A stretch of 64,000 nucleotides of DNA from Candidatus Magasanikbacteria bacterium UBA922 (GTDB taxonomy: Bacteria; Patescibacteriota; Patescibacteriia; Magasanikbacterales; UBA922), in contig DBDW01000011.1 of NCBI GenBank assembly GCA_002293825.1, positions 9,436 to 73,435 of the forward strand. Reading direction: 5' to 3'. The number at the start of each line of letters is the position of its first letter. Position 1 is the stretch's first letter. A program made the translations under genes and the position numbers. Below the pieces are notes generated by a model that did not search any database, had not been told where the DNA came from, and saw only the letters and a list, made by a program, of their open reading frames with translations. Below are positions 40,820 to 50,256 of the stretch, piece by piece.

Positions 40820-40986
40820 AATATAATTTGATTCATTAAACAGTCTAAATAGAGCGTAAAGACGGTTTGTATAGAGCGTAAGATACCAGAATTACCCTAT
40901 ATTGTCAAGCACTCCACACTCTCCCACAATAATGACTTACTAAGAGAGAATAATAATCCCTAAAAACAGGTCAACAGTCTAGACAA

Positions 40987-43900
40987 TTAAGACGTTTGGA
41001 CTTCAGTTTCCTCAAGTGTTACCCCTACAAGCTTACTAATTCCCCCCGCCCCCATCGTAACACCATACATACTATCACCCGCATGCATCGTCACTCGATT
41101 ATGTGTAATGATGATAAATTGAGACTGAAATGCAAGCTCTTGTAAAATGGTAGTAAAACGAAGTGTGTTCGCCTCATCAAGTGCAGCTTCCACCTCGTCT
41201 AGTAACACAAATGGTGAAGGATTGGTATGTAAAATAGCGCACAACAAAGCAATTGAGGTAAGTGTGCGCTCTCCACCAGAAAGTGCTGCTAAATTTTTAA
41301 TCTTTTTTCCCGGAGGAGTTGCTACCACCTCAATACCTGAAAGTACCTCTGACACATTCTTTCGAGAAGATTTCTGCGCAAGTTCATCTCCTGATTCAGT
41401 CACAGAAGCATTCAATAGAGACTCCTCTTCAGATTCAGCGTTCGAGGTGCCATATAGTTCTACCAATTCCGCCTTACCTCCCTCAAACAATATTTCAAAA
41501 TAACGAGAAAATTCTTTTTTAATTTTTTTAAACACTGTTGCATGTTTTTTCTTCATGATTCCATCCAATTCTTCAATAATCGCATACAAATCATGAGAAG
41601 CTTTTTTGAGATCAGCCAATTGAGTGCGCAAATGTTCATAACGAGCACTTGTTTCCTGATACTCTTTCAAAACCTCTTCATCAATTCCACCAATCAAACT
41701 CAACGTATATTTATATTTCTCAATCTCTGCTTTTGCTTCATCGTGAGTAAATTTCAACTCAGGTACACCTTTCTCAATCAGAGAAGTGGCACTTACCTTG
41801 AGCTCAGCATACACCTCTTCTTCAAGATCTTCTCGATGAGTCGTATACTTGGTCATTTCCATCTCGAGTACATGCTTACGATCAGCGACCTGATTCAATG
41901 ACTCTTGTCGTTTTTGCATTTCATCCTGAAGCGCAAATACACGAGCACGCTTTTCTTCTTCTTCATGATTAAACGCTTGAATCTTATGTTGAATTTCCTG
42001 CATCTGTGCCTCACCGACTGCGATATCAGCTTCAAGTACTTCACGTGAATGTAAAAACTCTGTCATCATGAGACTATACTCATCCTTGCTCAGGGTGTGC
42101 ATTTTCTGCTCACCCGATAAGCGAGAAATTTCACGAGCAATCTCACGGATACGTTCATCAATCGCAGATACTGCGTGTTGCGCAATCTGCAACTCAGTAG
42201 AACACTGTGTCTCTTCATTTTTCAATAACTCAATTTCCTGTTCAAGTAGAGATAATTTCTCTCGAAGGCGTGATACCGACTCTGTCACATCATCAATTGA
42301 AAATGTAGGTAATTGATGTGCGGTAGTGGCAAAAGTTATTCCCTGAGCACGTTTATGTCGAAAGCCACCTTTCATAGAACCTGAAGTTTCGACAATGTCG
42401 CCCTCAAGAGTTACCATACGCACTTTACCAATACCAATTTCTCGTGCAACGGCAATATTTTCGACCACCAATGTTGATCCAAACACGTATGAAAAAATAG
42501 TATCAAACAAAGAATCGTGTGATACCAATTGTGCAGCAAGACCATATACACCTGGACGATGTGCAAGTGACTCAATTTCAGAGGACACAAATCGAGCTCG
42601 AATCGTATTGAGTGGTAAAAAAGTGGCAAACCCTAAATGATGTTGTTTCAAAAATTGAATACATGCTTCAGCAACCCGATCATCCTCCACCACCAGTGAA
42701 GTGAGATGAGCAGCAGCAGCCACTTCGAGTGCCACCCGATACGTGTCATCCACCTGTGCAAGCTCAGCTAAAATTCCATATACACGGCCACCAAACGTAT
42801 GTGTTGGCTGTGTCACAATAGCATTCACTGCACGCAATCCTTCGTATGAAAACGTATCTCGCTCTCGCACAATATCTCGCATCGACTGTTCCAATCGTGT
42901 AACTTCTTGCTGTAACTGAATTTTTTCTCGCTGTCGTTCTGCGAGTTGCGCGGTGCGTTCGTGCAGTCTGGTACGAAGTGCCTGCACCTGCGCCTCATGG
43001 AGCCCACGTTCTGATTCAAAATTTTTCTCCGCTGACTGTAGTTCAGCCAATTTACTTTCAATCCAAGCAACATTCTGTTTACCTGCTTTTCCATACTCAG
43101 TTTCAAGTTTTGCCTGTAGAATTGCGCGATCTTTTTCTCTAGTGTGTTGAAGTTGCTGAATCTCATATAATTCTTTTTGAAGAGATTCAAAAATATCTGT
43201 GCGAGATTTTTCTTGAGCACTTCGAGCGAGCTCAGTCTGCACCACCTGAAGTGCTTCGAGCTCACTCGCATACTGAGTGCCAACCTGTGCCAATTCTGTC
43301 TGAAGATTCTGAATTGCTTCGTATAAAGCACGATACAGCGAGCCGTAATACGCTTCCTGTAATTCACGAAGTGAATGTTCCACCTCTTGACGTTGTTCCA
43401 ATTTACTCACTTGTCGTTTCAATGATTTGAGTCGTGGTTCAATTTCTATCACAATTGCATCAGCATGTGCAATATTTTCTTCAGTGCGAGCAAGCTTGAG
43501 CTCTGCATGATGACGTTTAATCTGAAACTCTTTGATACCTACAGCCTCATCAAAAAATTCTTTACGCTCCGCAGGAGATTGAAGCAATAATCGATCAATC
43601 GTACCTTGCCCAATTACTGAATATGAGCCCTGTCCGAATTGTGCACGTGCAAGGAGTAATTGCAAATCGACCAGTCGAACTTTATTTCCATTCAATAGAT
43701 ATTCACTCTCACCTGATCGATACAATCGACGAGAAATCGACAACTCTTCATATGGCACATCTGCACGCTTATCCGTATTATCAAGTACCATAGTCACTGT
43801 AGCCAGACTCATCTTACCCTTTCCTTCGCTTCCAGCAAAAATAATATCTTCGCTTTTTTTGCCACGAAGATTTTTCATACTCTGTTCACCAAGCACCCAA

Positions 43901-44055
43901 CGGATTGCGTCCGCCACATTACTTTTTCCACTTCCATTTGGCCCTACAATCACAGTCACACCTTGCTTACCACCCTTGGCAGGTTTTGGAAATTCAATAA
44001 CCGTATGCTCTGCAAACGACTTGAAACCATTAATTTCGATTCGGGTAACAAACAT
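40987..44055 (-). CDS. smc: Chromosome segregation protein SMC
   Basis: GFKSF, Walker A GPNGSGKSN, hinge (TFLPL, VTLEG), LSGGE, LLDEVEAALDEAN. Confidence 0.96.
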   Translation of the reverse strand: MFVTRIEINGFKSFAEHTVIEFPKPAKGGKQGVTVIVGPNGSGKSNVADAIRWVLGEQSMKNLRGKKSEDIIFAGSEGKGKMSLATVTMVLDNTDKRADVPYEELSISRRLYRSGESEYLLNGNKVRLVDLQLLLARAQFGQGSYSVIGQGTIDRLLLQSPAERKEFFDEAVGIKEFQIKRHHAELKLARTEENIAHADAIVIEIEPRLKSLKRQVSKLEQRQEVEHSLRELQEAYYGSLYRALYEAIQNLQTELAQVGTQYASELEALQVVQTELARSAQEKSRTDIFESLQKELYEIQQLQHTREKDRAILQAKLETEYGKAGKQNVAWIESKLAELQSAEKNFESERGLHEAQVQALRTRLHERTAQLAERQREKIQLQQEVTRLEQSMRDIVRERDTFSYEGLRAVNAIVTQPTHTFGGRVYGILAELAQVDDTYRVALEVAAAAHLTSLVVEDDRVAEACIQFLKQHHLGFATFLPLNTIRARFVSSEIESLAHRPGVYGLAAQLVSHDSLFDTIFSYVFGSTLVVENIAVAREIGIGKVRMVTLEGDIVETSGSMKGGFRHKRAQGITFATTAHQLPTFSIDDVTESVSRLREKLSLLEQEIELLKNEETQCSTELQIAQHAVSAIDERIREIAREISRLSGEQKMHTLSKDEYSLMMTEFLHSREVLEADIAVGEAQMQEIQHKIQAFNHEEEEKRARVFALQDEMQKRQESLNQVADRKHVLEMEMTKYTTHREDLEEEVYAELKVSATSLIEKGVPELKFTHDEAKAEIEKYKYTLSLIGGIDEEVLKEYQETSARYEHLRTQLADLKKASHDLYAIIEELDGIMKKKHATVFKKIKKEFSRYFEILFEGGKAELVELYGTSNAESEEESLLNASVTESGDELAQKSSRKNVSEVLSGIEVVATPPGKKIKNLAALSGGERTLTSIALLCAILHTNPSPFVLLDEVEAALDEANTLRFTTILQELAFQSQFIIITHNRVTMHAGDSMYGVTMGAGGISKLVGVTLEETEVQTS

Positions 44056-44144
44056 AACAATACATTCAAAACCTCACACTCAAAAACTAAAAAAGTGAGT
44101 TACACTACATACGATATCTAAGTTTGTACTACAGTATATCACCC

Positions 44145-44173
44145 TTGACAAACATGGGCAACCCATTTATACT
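44145..44173 (+). promoter_or_regulatory. Sigma70 promoter of nrnA (and possibly clpP)
   Basis: TTGACA-17-TATACT. Confidence 0.75.
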
Positions 44174-44191
44174 CCTGTGTTCTATATATCT

Positions 44192-45175
44192 ATGCCACAG
44201 AGAATTGGAAAACAAATACACGAGCTCCTCATGAGGAGTACGACAATCCGTCTTATCCCACACCAAAATCCTGATGGAGATGCAATTGGGGCTGTGTCAG
44301 CACTTGGACAATATCTTAGAGCTGCTGGGAAAAAAGTAGAATTTTTTTGTGCGACTGAAACTCCTCAACAACTCCAATTTATCACCCTTGCACACGAGAT
44401 ATCTCACAATCCGCAGATATGGGATACTCCGTGCGACGTGATCGTAGTATGCGACTCTGGCGACCCGGTGTACGCTGGAATTGATCAATATTTAAAAAAA
44501 AACCCTCATACACCAGTCGTAGTTATTGATCATCATGAGACCAATACATTTTTCGGCACACTCAATCTAGTGTCCACTGCACATTCTTCTACGGGTGAGC
44601 TACTGTACGATTATTTCAAGGCAAATAATATTCAAATAACTCCCGACATCGCCACGGCTCTATTATGTGGCATCATGTACGATACAGGATCATTCTCAAA
44701 CTCAGCAACATCGAACAAAAGTCTTTCTGTTGCAGGCATACTCATAAAATCAGGAGCATCTATAAAAAAAATAGTGCAATATATATACAAAGATAAATAT
44801 ATCAATGTATTAAAATTATGGGGAAAAGCACTCGCCAATCTCTCCTACGACCGCGAACTCGACATTGCATCTATCAGTATCTCACTCGAAGACATGTTTG
44901 TATCTGGAGTCGATGAAGAACGTGCAAATGGTATTGCAAATTTTATGCACACACTCAAAGATGGAAGTGTACATATGGTATTCAGAGAAAAAACCGATCA
45001 TACCGTGAAAGTAAGTATGCGCACCACCAAAGATACAATTGATGTGTCGCTGATCGCACGAGAATTCGGTGGAGGCGGACACAAAAAAGCAGCGGGATGC
45101 ACGATATCAGCCCCCCTATCACACGCATATGAAACCATGCTCCCAATCTTGAAAAAACACCTAAAAAAGATATAA
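44192..45175 (+). CDS. nrnA: DHH/DHHA1 phosphoesterase (NrnA-like)
   Basis: HQNPDGDAIG, IDHH, DTGSF, GGGGHKKAAG. Confidence 0.93.
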   Translation: MPQRIGKQIHELLMRSTTIRLIPHQNPDGDAIGAVSALGQYLRAAGKKVEFFCATETPQQLQFITLAHEISHNPQIWDTPCDVIVVCDSGDPVYAGIDQYLKKNPHTPVVVIDHHETNTFFGTLNLVSTAHSSTGELLYDYFKANNIQITPDIATALLCGIMYDTGSFSNSATSNKSLSVAGILIKSGASIKKIVQYIYKDKYINVLKLWGKALANLSYDRELDIASISISLEDMFVSGVDEERANGIANFMHTLKDGSVHMVFREKTDHTVKVSMRTTKDTIDVSLIAREFGGGGHKKAAGCTISAPLSHAYETMLPILKKHLKKI

Positions 45176-45235
45176 TGAGTACGTGTTATATACAATTTAA
45201 GAAAAGTTAACATTATTTAGGATAATTTCAATTCT

Positions 45236-45826
45236 ATGGATATCACATCTCAGATCCTTATCCCGACCGTGATAGAAAAAACTACGTATGGTGAACGAGC
45301 ATACGATATCTACTCACGCTTACTCAAAGATCGTATTATTTTTCTCGGAACCGCAATTGATGACCATGTCGCAAATATTGTCGTAGCACAACTACTATTC
45401 CTCGCAAACCAAGATCCCGAACAAGATATCAAACTCTATATCAACTCACCTGGTGGCTCAGTCACCGCCGGACTTGCAATCTATGATACGATGCAATTTA
45501 TCGAACCTGCAGTATCTACAATCTGCGTAGGAATGGCAGCAAGTATGGGGTCAGTACTTCTCGCTGCAGGAGAAAAAGGTAAACGATTCTGTCTCCCAAA
45601 CAGTGAAGTCATGATCCATCAAGTCATGGGAGGAGCGCAGGGACAAGCAAGTGATATTCAGATACATGCGGAACGCATTGTAAAAATGAAAAAACATTTA
45701 AACAGTATCCTTGCAAAACACTCAGGTCAAAAAGTAGAAAAAGTAGAAAAAGATGCTGACCGAGATTACTTCATGAGCGCCGAGGAAGCAGTGGCGTATG
45801 GACTCGTAGACAAGGTGATCACGTAA
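45236..45826 (+). CDS. clpP: ATP-dependent Clp protease proteolytic subunit
   Basis: [33 protein letters not shown]. Confidence 0.99.
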   Translation: MDITSQILIPTVIEKTTYGERAYDIYSRLLKDRIIFLGTAIDDHVANIVVAQLLFLANQDPEQDIKLYINSPGGSVTAGLAIYDTMQFIEPAVSTICVGMAASMGSVLLAAGEKGKRFCLPNSEVMIHQVMGGAQGQASDIQIHAERIVKMKKHLNSILAKHSGQKVEKVEKDADRDYFMSAEEAVAYGLVDKVIT

Positions 45827-45862
45827 AAAAACAAAAAAAATCCCCCAATAAAGGGGGATTTT
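45827..45862. terminator. Bidirectional terminator (clpP and the putative ncRNA)
   Basis: AAAATCCCCC-N6-GGGGGATTTT with a long A tract on the left, i.e. a strong U tail on the minus strand. Confidence 0.85.
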
Positions 45863-46052
45863 GTTATAGTTAAGGGTTTTGAACCTTACCCGTACCAAGA
45901 AGATGTGTGAAAGGAGAAGACGAGCCGAAGCCTGAACTATCCTTCTACACATCCCCATGCTTGTCGTGGTACAGGTGGTAAAGATTGTATACAGCAATCA
46001 CTACCACCTATACAAGACTCACTGGAATCTGGATACACTCGTATCGTGTAAC
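45830..46052 (-). ncRNA. Putative ~220-nt structured non-coding RNA, family not recognised
   Basis: Own promoter and terminator, several long stems, no credible ORF. Confidence 0.6.
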
Positions 46053-46057
46053 GACAT

Positions 46058-46086
46058 ATAATAGCATACCCAGAGTTTTTTGTCAA
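46058..46086 (-). promoter_or_regulatory. Sigma70 promoter of the putative ncRNA
   Basis: TTGACA-17-TATTAT with extended TG. Confidence 0.8.
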
Positions 46087-46156
46087 GTGTTTGAGGGTAA
46101 ATAATACAAAAAATGGCTTATTTAAGCCATTTTTATATATTTTTAACCCTTCATCT

Positions 46157-48166
46157 TTATGGAACAAGCGGAGAAGTTCCACCTGTAGAAGAAGTCGACG
46201 CACTCTCAATAGGCTGTACAGGAACAATACTCTCAGTAGATGTAGTACTTGAAGATACACCCTCTTCTACCTTTTTTGCAACACCCACGAGACACGTTTC
46301 AGGTAGCGGACGATAATAACTATCATATACCACCTCTTTCTTTTCACCTGTCGGAAGTTCTCGAACGTAGGTAAATGAAGCTACTGCCCCAGGATATGCA
46401 TGCTGACATTCTTTTTTACCAGGAGGAAGTTCTGTAGTTTCAATAATTTTAGTAGGCCCTGCAGGCATACGTCTCGAGACAGTCGGTGGAATAAAATATC
46501 CTTTTCTTCCGTCACTCGTTCCCCATAATGTGAAAAACAAATCACCAGTCTGATCATTGAGTTCTGACGTAATTAAAATATGATGACCAGTATCATTCCG
46601 AAAACGAAAATCTGTACCAGGATCATAAATAGTAGCATCAGTTCCTGGAAGTCCATTAGTAAGATCATTGTAATACGAGATCATCAATGAATGATTCCTT
46701 CGCTCAGTAATCTCAAGCCCTGCATTCATCGCAGCACGAAACATCGTTGTACCGATCTGACACAGTCCTCCACCAATTTCTGGAACCAAGCGATCACCCT
46801 TGATCGTAAGTTCAGGTAGATATCCTCCTTCAAGGGTAAATGGTTTCAATGCGTTGAGTAATGAAAAGTTTTCACCAGGTTTAATAATAAGACCATTCAA
46901 TTTATTAAAAGCTGCATGCCGAATATTTTTATATCGATTTCCAGGACTACCCTTGAAGACCGATTGACCCACACCAAGCACTTCAGTGATTCCAAGATCA
47001 TTCACGTCTGCAGTTTTAATATCAGGCTCAACTTCTTTAACACGCAAGGTAAGACGCTGTGTACTGGTAGGTGCACGCTCTTCATCGAATCGACTAGCAA
47101 ATACTTCACGCAACGCCTCATATGTCGCTTCGACATCTACGGTGAGACCAGGATGAGATCCATGAAATTCCGTCACTCGCCCATCATCACCTACAATAAA
47201 TCGTGCATCCTGCGGAGCAATGTCTATATCAGGAGCTACAGTCTCTCGGAGAAATGCATAGGTAGAAGAAGGAGAAAGCCCAAAAACCAAATCCCCCTCC
47301 TCATCATTCACAACTTCAAGCATACGAGCAAGCATATTCGCATTCAATTTCCATGTATACATGCGCTTGGTAGAAGAATTAAAATACTCTACCGTCAATG
47401 CACCGCGATCGAAAGCTTGGGGTAAAGTTTCAATAATACGCTCAACATCAGATTCGGTAATAAGAGGATCAGTCTCAATCGAAACAATACGAATGTGGGG
47501 CTGCTCTAGACGTGCCCACTGCTCACTAATCTGATCCACAATATGGTTGTAATCAAATGCAGTTCCTCGAGAAGATGAGGTAATCTCATATTCAAGCGGT
47601 GACACCGAAGACACCGACACATTGGCATTGACCATGGGTGTGATGTACGGAGAAACATTTCGATCAATTTCTGCAAATAACTTATCTTTGTGTATTGTGT
47701 GTATCCCAAGATCAATCGAGGGACGTGTACTTAATGTAGTAAATACCCCAACAAAATTTCTAAAAAAATTATTCGTTTGATACTGTGAAATAATTTCACG
47801 AGCAAGTAATGGTGCATCAATCTCAATAAGCTCAGACACCATATCCTCACCAATTGATTGTGGATATAATACAAATTCTTTCACAGACGTTGTCGTATCG
47901 AAAGTAACAGGTATTCCTTGTGCAAGTAATTTTGCTTCCATCTGTTCGATAAATGCAGTAAGTTCCACATCAGTCATTCCTCCAATCGAATATTGGCCAA
48001 TCCGAACCCCTGGAAATACGCGCCCAGAAAACGACTGTGCATACGCAATTCCAATTCCAAAGATGATTACAAGTACAGTAACAACGATAGCGCCTATCGT
48101 TACCATTTTTTTGACGTATTTTTTCTCACCCGGAATCAGATGTGCTGGCGTAATAGTATCAGACAT
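46157..48166 (-). CDS. VanW-domain protein with putative peptidoglycan-binding (YoaR-like) repeats
   Basis: GGGLCQIGTT.FRA...GL.I.ER.NHS, G.DATIY, DFRFRNDT; N-terminal TM. Confidence 0.9.
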   Translation of the reverse strand: MSDTITPAHLIPGEKKYVKKMVTIGAIVVTVLVIIFGIGIAYAQSFSGRVFPGVRIGQYSIGGMTDVELTAFIEQMEAKLLAQGIPVTFDTTTSVKEFVLYPQSIGEDMVSELIEIDAPLLAREIISQYQTNNFFRNFVGVFTTLSTRPSIDLGIHTIHKDKLFAEIDRNVSPYITPMVNANVSVSSVSPLEYEITSSSRGTAFDYNHIVDQISEQWARLEQPHIRIVSIETDPLITESDVERIIETLPQAFDRGALTVEYFNSSTKRMYTWKLNANMLARMLEVVNDEEGDLVFGLSPSSTYAFLRETVAPDIDIAPQDARFIVGDDGRVTEFHGSHPGLTVDVEATYEALREVFASRFDEERAPTSTQRLTLRVKEVEPDIKTADVNDLGITEVLGVGQSVFKGSPGNRYKNIRHAAFNKLNGLIIKPGENFSLLNALKPFTLEGGYLPELTIKGDRLVPEIGGGLCQIGTTMFRAAMNAGLEITERRNHSLMISYYNDLTNGLPGTDATIYDPGTDFRFRNDTGHHILITSELNDQTGDLFFTLWGTSDGRKGYFIPPTVSRRMPAGPTKIIETTELPPGKKECQHAYPGAVASFTYVRELPTGEKKEVVYDSYYRPLPETCLVGVAKKVEEGVSSSTTSTESIVPVQPIESASTSSTGGTSPLVP

Positions 48167-48177
48167 ATTATAAAAAA

Positions 48178-48636
48178 CTACTCTTCTACAATTTCAATCG
48201 GAATTTTTCGATCCTGAGTGCGTTTCGGCACAATAATTTCCAAAATTCCATTTTTATACTGTGCACGTGCCGCGTCCCCATTGACCTCAACAGGTAATAC
48301 AATCGTGCGTGAAAAATGCCCCCAAAAACATTCACGGTGATAAAACTCGATCGACGATTCCGTCTCGACAGGATTTACACGCTCACCACGAAGTGTCAAA
48401 AGATCATTATGTATATATACCTCAATACGATCAGGAAGCGCACCTGCGACCGTAGACACAATATAAACATTTTTTTCATCATGCGCAACATCCACCGAAA
48501 GTTTACCTTCTTCGAGACGTTCATGCCATTCAGCGGTCGCTGATGCCACAACCGAAGAAGTGGATGCTTCCACAGGGTCAGTGGAGACATGCTCCACAAT
48601 CATAGCATATGAAGGATGTGAGGGTTTGTGCTGCAT
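48178..48636 (-). CDS. Hsp20/alpha-crystallin family protein
   Basis: LTLRGER, ECFWGHFSRTIVLP, A.YKNGILEI..PK. Confidence 0.92.
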   Translation of the reverse strand: MQHKPSHPSYAMIVEHVSTDPVEASTSSVVASATAEWHERLEEGKLSVDVAHDEKNVYIVSTVAGALPDRIEVYIHNDLLTLRGERVNPVETESSIEFYHRECFWGHFSRTIVLPVEVNGDAARAQYKNGILEIIVPKRTQDRKIPIEIVEE

Positions 48637-48688
48637 ATAGAGGGAAGTATACAAAGTATACGCCTAATTTACAATAGTAAATAGAAGG

Positions 48689-48717
48689 TTGACGAATGGA
48701 AAAATATACGCTACACT
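48689..48717 (+). promoter_or_regulatory. Promoter of the tRNA-Ser cluster
   Basis: TTGACG-17-TACACT. Confidence 0.7.
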
Positions 48718-48746
48718 ACTCCAGTCTTTATAATGCGGAAATAAAT

Positions 48747-48834
48747 GGAGAGGTGGCTGAGCGGTTGAAGGCGGCAGTCTTGAAAACTGTTGTAGGCTTT
48801 TAGTCTACCGTGGGTTCGAATCCCACCCTCTCCG
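48747..48834 (+). tRNA. tRNA-Ser (TGA)
   Basis: GGAGAGG acceptor, GCAGT-CTTGAAA-ACTGT, long variable arm, G73. Confidence 0.96.
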
Positions 48835-48883
48835 CACAAAAGACAATATTGTGGTACGTTTCAGTATACGCTATTGGCAAAAT

Positions 48884-48972
48884 GGAGAGGTGTCAGAGTG
48901 GTCTATCGTGCAGCTTTGCTAAAGCTGTGTCCGAATAATATCGGACCGAGGGTTCGAATCCCTCCCTCTCCG
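48884..48972 (+). tRNA. tRNA-Ser (GCT)
   Basis: CAGCT-TTGCTAA-AGCTG, long variable arm, G73. Confidence 0.96.
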
Positions 48973-49001
48973 CATGGAGAAAAACGCTACTACACGACAA
49001 T

Positions 49002-49088
49002 GGAGAGGTGGTTGAGTGGTTGAAAACAGCAGTTTACTAAACTGCCGTCCCTTTCGGGGGACCGTGGGTTCGAATCCCACCCTCTCCG
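49002..49088 (+). tRNA. tRNA-Ser with the unusual anticodon ACT
   Basis: GCAGT-TTACTAA-ACTGC; paired acceptor, variable and T arms; G73. Confidence 0.9.
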
Positions 49089-49095
49089 CACAGAT

Positions 49096-49132
49096 AGACA
49101 GTATCCACCATTTGGCATACTGTCTTTTTTTT
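49096..49132 (+). terminator. Terminator of the tRNA-Ser cluster
   Basis: AGACAGTAT...ATACTGTCT plus T8. Confidence 0.75.
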
Positions 49133-49173
49133 AGTATAGTAAAAATCCACTTGGATCACATAATACCTCTTAT

Positions 49174-49770
49174 ATGTTTACCGGAATCATCACTGCAACG
49201 GCTCGAGTAGTCAAAAAAAACCTTACAAAAAAAGGAATGATCCTCACGGTTACAAAACCTAAAAAATGGAAGGTGTCTGTCGGCGCAAGTATTACCGTAA
49301 ATGGCGTATGCTCAACACTCAAAAAAACCATTCGAGGACTCACGTTCGAATACATGCCCGAAAGCCTTGAGCGCACCGACATACAATCTCTTGAAATAGA
49401 CTCAATCGTAAATCTCGAACAATCACTCAAAGCACACGATCGACTCGATGGACATATTGTCCAAGGACATGTAGATACCACAGGAAAAATTATATCACTC
49501 ACACCTGAAGGAAACTCATACATGTTCACCATTGAACCACGAGAGAAAAAATATATACCCATGATCGCCGAAAAAGGTTCAATTGCAATCGATGGTATTA
49601 GTCTTACCGTTACTGCAGTAACAAAAAAATCATTTACCTTCAAAATAATTCCCTACACCTGGGAACATACGAACTTGTCAACCAAAAAAAAGGGTGATAC
49701 GGTAAATATTGAAATTGATGTGCTTGCAAAATATCTTAACCAATTAACTCGCTATGCAACTCGAACATAA
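49174..49770 (+). CDS. ribE: Riboflavin synthase (alpha chain)
   Basis: MFTGII N-terminus, SITVNGVC, GHIVQGHVD, KGSIAIDGISLT. Confidence 0.96.
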   Translation: MFTGIITATARVVKKNLTKKGMILTVTKPKKWKVSVGASITVNGVCSTLKKTIRGLTFEYMPESLERTDIQSLEIDSIVNLEQSLKAHDRLDGHIVQGHVDTTGKIISLTPEGNSYMFTIEPREKKYIPMIAEKGSIAIDGISLTVTAVTKKSFTFKIIPYTWEHTNLSTKKKGDTVNIEIDVLAKYLNQLTRYATRT

Positions 49771-50197
49771 ACCCTCACTCATCGTAGACGGACACACTCT
49801 CACCGTAGGAATTGTCACCGCACGATTCAATGAAGAAATCACACACGCCCTACACACACATGCCATAGACAGATTACACGAATGCAATGTAGAAGAAAAA
49901 AATATCCGAAGCGTGACAGTGGCAGGAGCAGCAGAAATCCCAATCGCACTCCAAAAACTTGCCCGTACAAAAAAATATGACTGTCTTATCGCACTCGGAT
50001 GCGTGATTCGTGGAGAAACTCCCCATTTTGAATACGTATGCACAATGGTACAGCAAGGAATACTCCGCGTCTCTCTCGACGAAGGAATACCAATAGGTTT
50101 TGGGATTATTACTGTACACACACTCGAACAAGCACTCGCACGAAAAAATCTTGGTGCAGACGCTGCGAGCGCAGCACTTGAATGCGCATTGATCTAA
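49754..50197 (+). CDS. ribH: 6,7-dimethyl-8-ribityllumazine synthase
   Basis: ARFN..IT, V.GA.EIP, LGCVIRGETPHFEYV. Confidence 0.95.
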   Translation: MQLEHKPSLIVDGHTLTVGIVTARFNEEITHALHTHAIDRLHECNVEEKNIRSVTVAGAAEIPIALQKLARTKKYDCLIALGCVIRGETPHFEYVCTMVQQGILRVSLDEGIPIGFGIITVHTLEQALARKNLGADAASAALECALI

Positions 50198-50211
50198 CCT
50201 AGACTATATAC

Positions 50212-50242
50212 AAAAAATACACGATACTCTCGTGTATTTTTT
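50212..50242. terminator. Bidirectional terminator (ribH and comF)
   Basis: AAAAAATACACGA-N5-TCGTGTATTTTTT. Confidence 0.75.
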
Positions 50243-50256
50243 CACACACAATTCAC

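Noticed and set aside
45722-46260. Minus-strand ORFs of 91 and 107 aa over the putative ncRNA
   Set aside because: Non-ATG starts, overlap with clpP or vanW, crossing a terminator or promoter, no protein-like features
48747-48834. Selenocysteine or opal-suppressor tRNA
   Set aside because: Anticodon TGA reads the TCA serine codon; the body is an ordinary tRNA-Ser
49016-49210. 64-aa ORF
   Set aside because: Overlaps tRNA-Ser(ACT) and its terminator
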